Positions 26,009-39,769 of a stretch of 64,000 bases of DNA are shown here, piece after piece. The position numbers and the translations under genes are program-made. This DNA is from Callorhinchus milii (Eukaryota), in the NCBI RefSeq assembly GCF_018977255.1, contig NW_024704761.1, positions 5,146,001 through 5,210,000 of the forward strand, given 5' to 3'. How positions within the stretch are numbered: position 1 is the stretch's first letter; every line of letters starts with the position of its first letter. The notes beneath the pieces were generated by a model, which saw only the letters and a program-made list of their open reading frames with translations, had not been told where the DNA came from and ran no database searches.

Positions 26009-26779
26009 AAGATACAGGGCATTCAACCAACCAAAGAGATTTTGCAATAATAAGCCCAGATTCAGATGTCGTGCCAACACAACAGTGCTAAGGGAATAAC
26101 TTGTTCTTTCTTTTGACTTTAAGAAGAGGTCTCTCCTCGCCAGCATTATTATTAATGTTATTAATGCTGTAAACGCCTGACTCCGTCCCACTGCACTGGA
26201 GTGTCAGCCTAGACCGTGAGCTCAAAATCCTGACGAGGGGGCATGAACCCACAATCTCCTGACTGAGAGGCCAAAGCGCTCCCAAAATAAACCATTTAGC
26301 AAAGAGGAACTCTAAGTGTACCCCGCACTACTGAAGCCATTTCCAAGACAAGCTCGGCATTTGATAAAGAAGCCCGGCGTGAGGGTAATGTTTTGAAGGA
26401 TAGCAGACCCAGCGGATGCCGCACCAACATTGAACCGCGCTTTAATCCAACTATAATGATACCTTCAAAGTAATTCACACCTACGCAGTTCTGGCCACAT
26501 TAGCTGTGGAAGCACAGACAGCGATCCGTGCCTGAGTGGTGACTCACCCAACCGGCAGCACTCGAGAGCGTGTCCTGCCAGAATCCTCTCGCTTCAAATG
26601 TCGTCTGTTCCGGAATTTCTCCCTTTTGTTAAAAAAAAGGTTTTCCTGACATGACAGACTTTACAGCGAAGAGCAGCAGCTGAACAAGTAGGCGAGGAAG
26701 TAAATGGATTCTGGCTCCCGCTGGAAATGAGTAGAAGGTGAGCCTCATCGCTCTTGATGGCCATATTGTTAAAGGCCCA

Positions 26780-26920
26780 AACGAGACGCCGAGCCGGGTG
26801 AGGGAGGTGACCGCAGACACGGTTGAAGAGGAAGGTTTTCAGGTGTGACCTGAAAATCGGGGAGGAGGTGGCAATGCGGAGGGATAGAGGAAGAGTGTTC
26901 CAGAGTTTCAGGGCGTAGTT
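26780..26920 (-). mobile_element. L2 LINE 3' fragment
   Basis: Translation YALKLWNTLPLSLRIATSSPIFRSHLKTFLFNRV is typical of the L2 ORF2 terminus. Confidence 0.75.
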
Positions 26921-26934
26921 CATTCAACCTATTG

Positions 26935-27180
26935 CAGCTTGTGGGCCATTCCTGTGCGCAAACTGCCATCCATCGGATCAGACTTTAAACCGAGTTCCTG
27001 TCTGCCTGTTCGTATGGATGTTATGTTGAAGATCCCACGGCACTGTGTGAAAAGAGAAGGGAATTTCTCTCGGTGTCTAGGCCAACAATCCCCGGTCACT
27101 TCATGACCAATGGGACATTGCTGTGCGCAAAATGGCTGCCATGTTCACCTACAAATACACAGTCACAGGTTTTACGATGA
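26935..27180 (+). mobile_element. Deu-domain SINE fragment
   Basis: taaaccgagttcctgtctgcctgttc...gaagatcccacggcac...ggtgtctaggccaac. Confidence 0.72.
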
Positions 27181-27364
27181 ACACACAGAGATTTTCCAAT
27201 TGGGATTCTTATTTCGTTGAGCACCGACTCACCCCTTGGATGGTGACTGCCCGACTTTGGCCACTAGATGTCACTATACTCAACAGTGTCTCATTGAAGG
27301 ATGCTGGATTACTTACCATGTATCCCCAGAAACCACTCAAATCTTTATGTACAGGAATTATTAT

Positions 27365-27772
27365 GATAATAATCCTCACAGTTGGTACAGCAGTTATAAT
27401 ATTAAATTTTCCCAAAGTGCTTCACAGGCAATTGTTATCAAGGGTGTTTGTAGGCAGACGCAGCAACCAATTTGCATGCAGCAATGTCCCACAGCAGCCA
27501 TGAAGTGAATGAGCAATTTATTTCGAGGATTGTTGGCGAGGGAACCAGGAGAAACTCCCTTTACTTGTCAAACAGTGTCTTGGAATCCTTTACATCCACC
27601 TAAATAGGCAGACAGGATCTCCGTTTTATGTCTCATCCGAAGAACTGCACCTCTGACAGTGCATCCCGTAGTCTAAGTTGACACCTCATATAGTGCAACA
27701 CCTCGCTAGTGGGGTTTGAACCCACAGCTTTTTGACTCAGAGGCAAGAGTGCTATCACTGCGCTAGGCTAAC
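27365..27772 (-). mobile_element. Deu-domain SINE, near full length
   Basis: Tail, core (gtctcatccgaagaactgcacctctgacagtgca) and head (gggtttgaacccacagctttttgactcagaggcaagagtgcta). Confidence 0.78.
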
Positions 27773-28943
27773 CCACTCTATTTAACTCTGTAAACTAACA
27801 GCTCTGTGTGTTGCCCAAAGCCCAAAGTTTTTCAATTGACTGTCGATGCTACAACTCCCCTCAGTCATAACTGGGGCTATCACCCACTCTACCTTCCAAG
27901 TCCAGCAAAGAAAGCATTGATTCCTTTTTAGAAATGATCAATTTAATCTGAGAGCCTTTCAAATATCTGGAGCACGCCTCAAGCTTTGGGAGCGAGGAGG
28001 TACCAGGCGCCAACTTTCTGCTCCAGCTGCGATTTGTAATTTTACTTTGGTCAACTCGTTACATGACCCTCGCGAAATCCCATCATCACAAGCAAGAGTC
28101 TCCAAACCAAACTACTGAGAGAGTTTTGCATTCGCGTAGGGTTTCCCGTGTAATGGATCCCAATTGTTCCTCAAGCAGCGGGAGTGTGAGCCAATCTTCA
28201 CTGTGTCCTGATCGACCAGAAAAGCACAGAGGGTAAAAAATCTGGAGCAATGTCATGACAACAGTTGGATTGTTGTTAACCAATTTATTCCCCCAAAAAG
28301 CCATCAGATGATCTGATTTGGCCATTAATTCACATTTTGGATGTCTCTGAGTAAACTCAACTCTGCCAGCTGATGGCTATCAAATACTTTGGCTGCAAAT
28401 TACCGCTCACTTAGTCTGATGCTGTGCCATTGGGGATGGAAGAGACATGGGCCCACGACTTGCGAGGGCCAGCCTCAAACCTGCACGAAACAGCATAGTG
28501 AACTGAAGACGATAGAGAAGGCTTGGCCTGAATGCACACTCGGTGGAGCAAATAATTGCATTCAACGGCAGCAGACCATGTTCTCTCTCCAGATCTAATT
28601 ACCCCCGTGAAGCGCAGAATTGAATCTGCACGCGGAGGAGGGGGGAGAAAGTTAGCTGCTCCGTGACAAAGTTCCACCAGATGACTAATTCGGAACGGAT
28701 GCTAATCTTGTCCAAAGTGAATCAGTGATTACTGTCTTAACAAGCTCCTAGAAAATTGGCTTTCCACCCAAAACATACATTTCGTGGCAAAATGCTGCAA
28801 ATTCTTGAGAAGCTGTCAAGAAATCGGGTTAAACTCCTTCCTCCCCACACCCCCCCACCCCTCCTCTCTTCCCCCCAGCCCCACCCTGGTAATAGTTACT
28901 CAGTCACTGGACTGACTGACTGACCTCTGCACGTTCAGGCTTC

Positions 28944-29128
28944 TGGTCAGCCGGGTGTCTGACACACGCGGAAACCCATCACCGTGCTTAGGAGTATCCA
29001 AGCCAAACTGAGAATTCCATGCATTCCACCGACATATATATCTCCCAGAGATAAATTGTTGGAATGGGATGCGCACTCTCTCTCGCTGGAGGAACGCATC
29101 CTACTTACTAATTCCGGAAAGTATCAGG
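28944..29128. repeat. Unclassified ~185-bp interspersed repeat (best copy)
   Basis: ggtcagccgggtgtctgacacacgcggaaacccatcaccgtgcttagg... Homologous copies at 13469-13545, 34721-34868, ~35408-35500 (partial) and inverted at ~58325-58483. Confidence 0.8.
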
Positions 29129-31734
29129 CTCATGTTGGCACGGCTTCAAGAGATGTTTCAAGACAAAAGTTGGTTGTTAATATTATCTGTTGAAAGTACC
29201 ACTAATAGAGAGGGACAGCTCAGAGCTCCATCTACACTATTTGAACCCAAACATTTATTTGAAAGAGCTTTAAACACTCAGAAAGGATTCAAAGAGTAAC
29301 AGTAAGTGGCTCCTAACAGTGATAACTATGCCTGCGCTGGAGTTAAGGAAACCACTTTGGGGTACTGCTGAAACTGCAATCTTACCATTCTTCCTGCCAG
29401 GGCGCAATGGCTTGCTGTAACATAGAAATAATTCCACGCACTGGAGGATGTGGAAAAGACTCAATTTCCTAGATAAGTAGCTGTCCGCTCACTCTGTCCA
29501 AGGCTGAAAGTGCAGGTGATGGACTAGCACAAAAGAAAACACTAAAAGGACCACTTTTTCCTCCCCCAGAACATGAACACATACGCACACAGCAAGCCGC
29601 TAATGGAACCGACCTGGACATCTGATTGTTTGAACTGGGGGAAATCGATGGACAACTTAGATGTATATAAGAACAGGTTGAGTGTTGTGTAATCTCTGGT
29701 GGCCTTTTATAAGTACACAGGAAGAATAGACTTATATAAACCTGATAAAAGGCCAGTTGCCATTCTTCTGGTTTTAGGCTTTACAATTTAATAACGGTAT
29801 AAAAAAAGTGTCATTTGTTCTTCCTCTCTCTCTCTCCTCTCTCACAACGATCGTCTACAAAAAAATATACTCTGATAGTAAATCCCGTGAGGTGCTTTGT
29901 GACATTGAGGCGACATAATTAGGCACTATAATAAATGCACAAGTTATTATTGTTATTATAATTACTATCAACCAAAATGTCACAGTTGTATTCTCCTCTA
30001 TCTTCAGAGCACTCAGCCCTGAAAATGCTGCCAAGAAGTCAAAAGGATTCAAAGGCGGCGAGAGCAAATATGATTACCCCCCCACCCAGAATTCGGTGCT
30101 TGTCATGGGATTGAAGGGGAGCTTCTGTTGTGGGGCTCAGCACAGAATCTTGACAGATTTCCATTAATATCCTCTGCTTTAACAGAGCTTTAACTTGAAT
30201 TATTAACTCGCTGCTCACGCACCCCCTGGACTCGAATCTTTTTGCTGCAACGGGTCACAGAAACCTATTACTTTTGGGGGGCTGGTTTCTTGAAAAACGA
30301 CAGATGGCACATCATCATGTTCGGTGTGTTAATGCACGCATTTGATCTCTTTATTTCCCCCCTACCCCCCCAGTACCTGCAGTGCAGCAGTGTCTGTGCG
30401 CTGTTCAGATTGACAATACCTCCCACGTAAAGCATCTAAATTTAGAAAGAGAGAGAGAGAAAGCCTACATATTTGTTGCAATGACAGCACTACTCTGCAG
30501 CCCACTCGCCTGAACAACCTCACTGAGCGATTTTCACCCTTGATTCTCGCCAGTTAATATGAATCAGGAGCCAGCAAACGAAATGAATCCTGTGAGCGCC
30601 GAAAATAAAATCAACGTTTTTTTTATTTCATCCATGTCCTAACCACCCCGACAAGTTTTCTCACCGGTTTCGATCCCAACTGCAGGCAGTGTGCAAAATG
30701 CCTCTTGCGTTATCCTGCAAGCAACAACAACTTGCATTTATATAGCGCCCCTCACTGGATAGGTTAGAGTGCTTAACAGTGGCGTAGCCTGATCCTGAGC
30801 AGGAGGGAGGGGGGAGGTGACCGTAAAACACGGTCGAAGAGGAAATACTTCAGGCGAACCCTTTGTTTGAAAACCCTCTCGTTTTGAATCTTTCCGAATC
30901 CAACATTTTCTTTCAACAAATCCAGAATTTGCCCAAAATCGAAGGCAAGGATTAGTATTAAAAATAAATCGTGTGCCTAATTTTTTCGCTGTCATTTTCA
31001 CAAGACCTCCCCCCCTCCAACCACCATACACATGGGTACGGCCCCTAGAGAAAGGGGTCACCGTGTGCTGTAAGACGGCTTCTACAGAGTTTTAATAATA
31101 CCCTCTGGGAGGGGAGCAAACTGCCCTCCACACTCTTTTGAAAGAGACAGCAATTAGGGACAGCCCCTCGGACACTTTTCATTCGGCGGAGTTCAAAAAA
31201 AAACATTCACTGCAGCGGTCTGGATGGTTTCATAAGGAGTGAATTTCACGTACAAGCAGTACAATATCACTGGATTACAAGTGCTGCCTCACAGCCAAAC
31301 CAGCACTGAGCATCCTTCTGTTGCTATACCGAAGGCTCAGGAAGCAGGAATATTGCTAATGGCAATTAACAGTGGAACTGAAATGGCTGAAGGATGGGAG
31401 TCTCTACAGTAGTTAGCCTGTCGAGAATAATAGTCCTCACGTACACAGAGATGTTGCTTTGAAGGAATGAACTTTCTATTGTGAAAGAGAACTGGCACTG
31501 CGTTGACTTCCAGGTCTTAAGCTTAATGCCATTAAGTCACAAAAGATGTCATGTATGGAGTATATGATGCACACAGATTTTACAGTATATTCTGAAACGC
31601 TTTGAGACAGCTGCCGGACCTGAAAGGCACAGTATCAATCGTAAGGATTATAATATTCTGAGGGTTTCATCAGCCCTTTAAAAAATTGGACCCGATAGTT
31701 CAAGAAAAACTTTACATAACATGGAAATGGAAAT

Positions 31735-32225
31735 CATAAAATCATAGAACTATACAGCACAGAAGAAGGCCAATCGGCCCATCGTGTCTGTGCTGGCTCT
31801 TTGAGAAGAGCTACCCAAATCAATCCCATTCCCCCGCTCTCTCCCCATAGCCCTGCAAACTTGTCCTCCCCAAATAATTATCTGCTTCTCTCTTAAAAGT
31901 TGTTATCGAATCGGCTTCCACCAGCCTTTCAGGCAATGCATTCCGGATCCAAACAACTCGCTGTGTGAAAAAATTTCTCTTCACCTCCCCTCTGTTTTTT
32001 TTAACAACTATTTCAAATCGGTGTCCCGGGGTTACCAACCCACCCGCCAGTGGGAATAGTTTCTCCTTGTTCACCCTATTGAATTCCCTCATAATTTTGA
32101 AAACTTCTACTAAGTCTCCTCTTAACCCTCTCTCCTCCAAGGAGAATAATCCTATCTTCTCCAGCCTCTCCTGATAACTGAAGTCCCTCATTCCTGGTAC
32201 CATCCTGGTAAATCTCCTTTGCTTC
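31735..32225 (-). mobile_element. CR1-clade LINE 3' end (5'-truncated)
   Basis: ORF 31820-32305 contains QRRFTRMVPGMRDFSYQERLEKIGLFSLEERGLRGDLVEVFKIM...FFTQRVVWIRNALPERLVEADSITTFKRE, the classic CR1 ORF2 end. A 3' UTR follows, ending in (TTCTATGA)-like repeats. Confidence 0.93.
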
Positions 32226-32799
32226 TTTCCTTTTCTCGCTGATGCCTTGATATGTTTCCTAAAGTAAAGGAAATATTTCTCCCACTGCACGTAACGGTCC
32301 ATCAATGTTCAGAAATATAGGCTTATTTAGCTACCAGCCATGCATCGGGACAGCAGTTCTTCACCTGAGGAGCTGCTGACTTTGCAGAGCAACTCAACCT
32401 ACTGAGCTCCATGAGACAATAAAAGCCTTAATTATACTGAGCTTCCAAACCCAGTGACATTTTAATCTAGAAATGATGAGTACATTATGCCGGCAAAACT
32501 AACCGTCACTTCACGAGTCGAATAGTTAATTACAGTGTTCTGCAAAGACCTGAACAAAGGTCTAAGTCGTTCTTTTTGAGACCAAGGCAGAGTGAAAGCA
32601 GCTGAACTTTGAGCCTCTCGAAAAATTAAGAAGCACATCACTGTCACGCTTCATTTTGAGGACTTTTTATTCTCCCGACCAAAATACGTCGCTTAGAAGT
32701 CGTTGAATGGCGCCCGACATTAACGGATAATTGTAACCTGCGACCATAAACAGACCATTTAGCGGAGTCGAGAAACCAAACCAAACCCATCACTATTCA

Positions 32800-33090
32800 T
32801 AATAGTAATAATAATCCTTGCATTGGATAGAGTGCCTTATCAAGTCGTTGAGACGTCTCAAACCGCTTCACAGAATGTACTGCAAAGTGAGTTGAGTGTA
32901 TACTTTGTGGGTGAAACGCAGCAGCCAATTGCCCACAGCAGCATCCCCACAAACAGTCGTGGATTGAGTGACCACATTTTTTTGAGGGATTATTACTCAC
33001 AGATAGCGATCCACCAATCGATTAACAACCGGGTTTCTACTTACCACTATGTAAACTGGGGCGTGTGGAGTAAGGAAACTTGCCTAATAG
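32800..33090 (-). mobile_element. tRNA-derived SINE, long subfamily, head missing
   Basis: Reverse complement of the body and tail of 33461-33830. Confidence 0.85.
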
Positions 33091-33460
33091 GGTGTCGCTT
33101 TTGTGCGCTGCCAGGGTCAATTGGGTTCGGTCTGGAAGCAGCTAATCCCAAGACCAGAATTGTCCTCTAAAGAGCGCTCGTGATCTGCAGAATCTGTGCT
33201 GCAATGTCACAGGCGAGCCCGCAGGCTCCCTGTGGCTGTAAGCACGCTCCAATAAACCTGGCTCAGCAGGCAATGCTGAGTTGTCTCTCCACGTTTGCAT
33301 ACAAGAGGCTGAGAGCCTCAGGCAGCATGCACCCGCCGGGGAGAGAGCTCGCACAAGCCGTGCTCCCTCCGGTCTTGCCTCTGCTCTTTCAGGAAATGAT
33401 TCTTTCCAATGCTACAGGAGCCTGAGTTGCAGTGAAAGCCTCCTGATTTGGGATTCCCTT

Positions 33461-33830
33461 GGAAGTCCTGTATTGTAGTGGTTAGCTCGCTCGCTTCGCA
33501 AGTGAAAGGACCGGAGTTCGATTAATGGGTGGGATGAAACCTTAGGCAAGTTTCCTTACTCCACGAGCCTCTGTTTGCCTGGCAGCAAGTAGGAACCCGG
33601 TTGTTAGCTGTTTGGCAGATTGCTTTCTGGGGGTTATAATAATCCATCCCACACCCCCAATAAAAATTGGTCACTCAATCCACGACTGTTGATGGGACAC
33701 TGCTGTACGCAACTGTCTGCCCTGTTTCACCCACAAAATGCACAGTCAAACCACTTTACAATATATTCTGTGACTCATCTCAATGACATGATAAGGCGCT
33801 ATATGAAATGCAAGGATTACTTATGTTATA
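33461..33830 (+). mobile_element. Full-length tRNA-derived SINE, long subfamily
   Basis: Degenerate tRNA head, central gcctctgtttgcctggcagcaagtaggaacccggttgttag block and the shared 3' tail. Confidence 0.85.
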
Positions 33831-36800
33831 TATATATATATGTTTCAGTTCCAGTTAATCCTGCGTTAACCAAAGGACCACAATCTAACCACAATCTTGT
33901 GGGGCACTAAGTGACAGTTCAGTTTGATCTCTGAGGTGCCAGAGAGGACAGATCCCTGGGGGTGTAGGAACAGAAGAGGCCACTGAACCCACTGAGGTGA
34001 CCTTCAGTTTCACAGCAACAGGTGATCCCAGCATCTCACTTGTGCTTCATGTGGAAAACTTCTGGCTATCCCCCTGGTGTGAGCAATTCAACAGATTATA
34101 GTGCTGGGTCCAGAAGACTGGGTGACGGTGATGAATTAAAACACTGCCTCTTTTTTCGCCATTGCAGCAATGTTCCAATTCAGCCCAGATAGGGATAGAC
34201 ATCTCCTCTCCTGAGCAGCTATGGGGATAATTATTGTCTTGTGTGGCCACAATTAGGATCGAACGCCCACTGCAAAACCATAAACCTATAATCAAAATCA
34301 ACACAATCTCGTTCCTTTGTAGTTCAGGCACGTGTGAACCATCTGCTTTTTCTCCCTTTTAAATTGGTTTCAATGATCTCATGTCGGCAGCACATTATTT
34401 TTGGAAAGGGGATGGAGGTGGGGGCGCAGTTATTCCAAGGGCAAGGTCTTTTGCCAAGTACAAAACAAAACGGAATAAGACAGAGACAGGAGGCAAGGGA
34501 TTTCCTCGATTTACATAATGTTTTGCAGCGTGCAGAGTTTGGCCAATTGTTCAATTGAGTCTCAACTCGGAACAGGTTTTTCTGTACGTTCTTAAAAAAG
34601 AAGCTTACAGGAAAATGGCTTCAAAGGTAAGGCTGTGTTTGAGAAATTTTGGAACGCTCTGGAAATTCTAGCTGCCCTGAAATGTTACCTTGTCGTCGTC
34701 GTTGTTGTACATCTTATTTTTGGTCAGCTGGGTGACTGACACGTGCGGAAACCCATCACCGTGCTTAGGAGCATCCAAACCAAGCTGGGAATTCCATGCG
34801 TCCCCACTTACACATGGAAACTCCAGAGATAGATTGTTGGAGACTTATCTCCGGAAAGTATTAGGAGCAGGTCGGCAAGAGCTAAGCCTTGGGGATCCCA
34901 GAGTGTGAGTTGGGGTACCTGCTGGAGTCGAACCAGCTAACATCGCATATCTTGCCATTGATAGCACTGTCTGGTAAGCGTAATCTTGACCAAGGTGGAA
35001 TTTCTCTCCAGTCGTTTCCCTATTTGGCCATAATCTGCCATTATCCTTTGTTGGGATAGCGTAAAAAGAACGAAAGACTAATTGAATTTAGCTTGGGATT
35101 CACAGACAGTCACTCAGCAATGCAAGTGCTGTTTTATTTTAAATCCAATGATTTCTTTTAAAAAATATAAATTTACCCCAGAAATAGAGCAGAAGTCATC
35201 ATGATCGAAAGCCTGGTGTAAAGTTTCTTTGGACCGATTAAAAGCAAAACAATGTTATTTTCTGAATATTCAGCCATGTGCAAACCTTTAGCAACGCAAA
35301 CACAGAGTAAGCGCTTTCACAGCAATCGGTTTATTCAGGCCTTTGGAGGTATACTTGACATTTGGTCAGTTAGATACGTTTCGGGACATAATCGTGGTCT
35401 GCTTTAGAACCAAAGTGGAATTCCTTGCATCCCACCACCTGCACACGGCAATTCCAGAGATAGATTGTTGGAATGGATTGCGCTCTCTCTCCCCTTGACG
35501 ATGGGTAGGCAAAACAACAATTAGCGCAGTCAACAATAACCCGCGGAAATCTGCGACACAGCACGGGGGCCATTCAACCCAGTGTTGGTGTTTGTGTCTT
35601 CACTGCGGTCCTTTGCTATTCAGATACCTTGCAATTAAAATAATTACCGCCCCAAACACAGCAGCCACAGTCACGGTATCTAAAAGGTAAAAAACGCTCA
35701 GCTTCTGTCAACGAGTGAGCTTCTTTGCCAGATGAAAGACGTCTCTGACTTGAAACAGGAAGTCAAGCGGAGCAAATATTTTAATGAAATACTAAGACAT
35801 GTATGTATAATAATTCATTATGTTTCAGCCCACTCTTTAAAATTCCATTAGGATCCTGGAGGATATTTGCCACAAACAAAATCATAGATTTGGCTCACGC
35901 AGAACCCCAAGAGAAAGAAATTGGCAAATATCTATTAGCCGGAATTAACTGTAAGGAATGAGTATGTTGGTAATTTAGCTGCAAATGTGATATAAGGTCT
36001 TCCATCAAACAAAAATTACTGTATAAACCGGAGGACTTACTGATGCAGTTCCACCACTGCTTTATTTGTTATAAATATTTCTCAATGCATCAAATATCCC
36101 AACCGGATTGCTGTGAGATTACCTCGCGTGTTTTTCCCCCACATTTCCAGGTGCAAAGTTTGATTCAAGAAAAGGGCAGGAAAATCCTTGGCACGTTAAG
36201 CTGCCAACATCGCCGGTGACAACATCGCCAGTGACAATTGTGAGGAGCCAGCAGGCGATATGGGGATTTTTGTGCTTATTTAGGATCTATTTACATTTAT
36301 TTACATGCCTATCAGCGAACCTGTGGTATAATGAAGTGCTTTATAACAGGTTGTACTGCAGTGCATCAGCACCCTCGAACCACTTTCACACACTGCCCTA
36401 TGGCTGATACAGATGCTCAGGGTTGCTACGCAGCTTGAGGTCGCTATATAAATGCAAGTTGTTGTTGTTGTTGCTACTGAGCAGCACTGGCAGAGGCCGG
36501 GGAGCAGGTGGCTGATCAGTCTCCTGCTCGGGAAACAGATTGCGGAGCGAGGAAATGTTTTCGTACGTTAATTAAAATTAATGTTCATTTTTTTCTGTCG
36601 TATAAGTGAAAAGGGTTTGACTTAGGTTTTGCCTAATGGAAACATGCTCAGATCTGCCACTCTTACAGTCAGAGATTCAGTGGCAAAAGGGACACTGGCA
36701 AACAAGTCAAAACTACAAGATTTTAGGGTCACAAAATAAGAGCTTAAAGGTGGAATCTGTACACGTGAGCATTTCCGGGAACTTTCTGAAGAATGCCATG

Positions 36801-39044
36801 ACAGGAAGCAAAGGCTGACAGTTTCTCATGTCGCTCATCTTATTCTCAGGTGCCCAGACACCACAGGAAAGTCTAGACAGAGAGACTCTGCATTATTATA
36901 GCACACATAGTTGAAATGTCTCAAAGTGCTTTAAGCAATTTGCACATGAAGTTAGTGAAGTTAGCGACCAGAGGATTGTCGGCCAGGACTTGGGAGAAAT
37001 TCCTTTTTCTTTTCCGACAGTGTCCTGGACCGACCACTGAAGGTAGTCTGCTGTAAGTGTCTGTGTCTGTGTGTGAGAGGGAGTGAGTGTGTCGAGTGTA
37101 GTCCATTCCCTTAACATCAAGTTTGACTCCCTTACACTTGTGATGTGTGGCTTACATCGGTAATCAATTTCACTGTTTGCATTTGGTTCATAAAAAGCAG
37201 TCGTCTGTAACAAATTCTAATTAAACCAGAGTTGCTTTACTCCGAGACTCTTATTTGTGAAGCACTGAGACCTCTTTTCGTTATGGGCGCCTTATCAAAC
37301 CCATCGATTATTTCTATTTTAATAACTTAGGTTCACTGCATGGAGGCTTTTTCAGCACCTCCACTTTCAGCAGACAGGCAATCACCTGCTCAATAATAAT
37401 TTGGTCACTCAGTCCGCGACTGTTTGTGGGACACTGCTGTGCGCAATTGGCTGCTGCATTTCGCCGACAACACATACAGTCAATTCATTTTACAGTATAT
37501 TCTGTGAAGCGCTTGAGAAGTCTCGAAGATGTGATATCAAATACAAGGACTGTTATTATTACTAAGCCAGGAAAAGCCAATATGGCTGAGGGCTCCAATT
37601 CGCTGCAATAAATCTAAAGCTACCTTTAACTTTGCTCAGCGGAGGGGAGACCTTGAGGGATGAATGAGACCACGACAGCCCATCGCTAACCCAAATGATT
37701 GATCAAAAACCAAGTGGAGTTTTTGGATAGGCAATATTTTCACATTTCAATTGCACTGCAAACCAAATGGTGCGTCCAGAGAGAGAGATCTTCATTGTTT
37801 CACAATTTGACAAATGTGTTGGTTAACGCAGCAACACCTTCGGTTGCCTTGTTCACATTTCTGCTACGACACGTGTACCAGGCACAGGCGTTCCATACCT
37901 AGTACCACATCAATCCTACTCCCTGAACCTCTGAGACTGGGCTTTTGAGATCAAGCAGCCAGCATAAGAATCGATCTCAAAATAAATAGACCTGCATACA
38001 AAGGTCGCCTTCTAGGCGACAAGGATGGCATTAGTGTGCTTGCAAGCAAGAAATTGAAACCCCCCAACTCGATTCAGGTGAGGCGGAAGCTATAATCTTA
38101 AATGCCATCAGGTGGCAGTACCGGGCTTTGCTATACAGAGGTAAAATGCACGGAGCTTAGATACACAGGACCTGGGTGCACAGAGGAGTTCAGGATGGGG
38201 GCGGGGAGTAGGGGAAGGGGTGGAGGTTCTAGAAGGTGAGGGTAGAATGGCTTGAAAGTTCGTCCCTCCTGATCTCCGAGAAAGCTCCTTGCTCAAAGCT
38301 CTGCCGCTGACCCAATCACCCGTAGCATCTCTCATTGGAAGGGCAATGAGATCCCCCCTGCGAAGGGCGAACCTCAAAACATTTCACTGGTATCCTCCTT
38401 CCCTGCCTCCAGTCGCATGCCATGCGCCAGCAATAAAGGTTGACAATTATGAGGAGACCCCGAGGGTCTGATCAGTTCCAAAAACGTTCAGGTTGAGCAC
38501 CATCTGTTTTGTGTGTACTTAAGTCATCATATAGTACTCAAAGCGTCTGTTATAGCCATATCCAGGCCTTTCTCTCATTTTAATGAGATTACTTTTTATT
38601 TTGAAAGGCTAAAAAGTTGCAAATCGTCCACAAACATAGAGTGGGGGGTTGGGGAGTGGGGGGGGGGGGGGAATAAAACAATTGTTTGACTATAGCGATG
38701 AGTTCCAACAAGGCACTTCAACGTTTTCAATGGGAAGAACGTCTTCAAAGTGCTTTGTAGAGAGAGGAAGAGAGAGAGGGAAGGAGAGAGCGTGGTGCGG
38801 GGGGGGGGGGGGTTTGGAAGATTGTTCCCTTCCGAGGTAGAACAGGGATTCAAGTACTTGGGAGGGTGACAGAACAGCTCGATCCAACGCCCTACATTAA
38901 TAATCCTTGCATTTGATATAGCGCCTTATCACACCTACGAGACGTCGCAAAGCGCTTCACAGGATATGCTACGCAGAAGGACAACAACTATCTGCTCTGA
39001 TCTCAATCGCTGGGGAGGGATTAACATTGTCCAAGTGGAAACAC

Positions 39045-39280
39045 GGCTGCAAGTTTTCACACAGCGAGTTGTTCGGATCTGGAATGCATTGCCTGAAAGG
39101 CTGGTGCAAGCCAATTCGATAACGACTTTCGAGAGAGAAAGCAGATAGATATTTCGGGAGGACAATTTTGCAAGGCTATGAGGAGAGCGCGGGGGAGTGG
39201 GATTAATTTGGATAGCTCTTTCAAAGAGCCCGCACAGGGTCAAACGGTCTCCTTCTGTGCTGTATAATTCAACCGTTCTA
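39045..39280 (+). mobile_element. CR1 LINE 3' fragment
   Basis: FTQRVVRIWNALPERLVQANSITTFERE followed by a 3' UTR homologous to 31735-31970. Confidence 0.88.
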
Positions 39281-39769
39281 GAAAGTGAGCTGCCCACTTC
39301 CAGATGTTACCAGTCCTATACCTCAGCCAAGATGTCAAACTGTGGATGTGCCATTGCATTTGGCAGGAGACAGGCCCACAGGGGCACGTCCACAGGGAAG
39401 GGGAGCCAGAGTCAAGGGTGCATTAGATACACCGAATTTAACATCATGCTACTGGACAGCTCTGCTATAGACTGTGCCCTAAGACAACTCATTCCCGCTA
39501 AATTAAAAAAAAGTCCATCTGTTCCACCCTAAGCAATAATCCTTCTATTCGGTCACGACTAAAATGTGCTTCACAGATCGTTGCCAACAAATGTAGCGAC
39601 TGGGTATTTGCAGATAAAAGTTCAGAGGCCAAATGTCATACAGCAATTTAACATCGAGTTCGCTCGGCACACAAGTTGCCCACAAGCAGCCTGGCATCAA
39701 CTGTGTGTTGGCGCCTCGTTTACAAGGCGGATAAACCAGCACTTCATCAAAGCTCAGGGACAAATGAGA

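Noticed and set aside
28950-28985. CTGA...GAAAC resembling a hammerhead or HDV-like ribozyme core
   Set aside because: It lacks the CUGANGA core and a proper stem II, and the spacing is too short for the HDV double pseudoknot.
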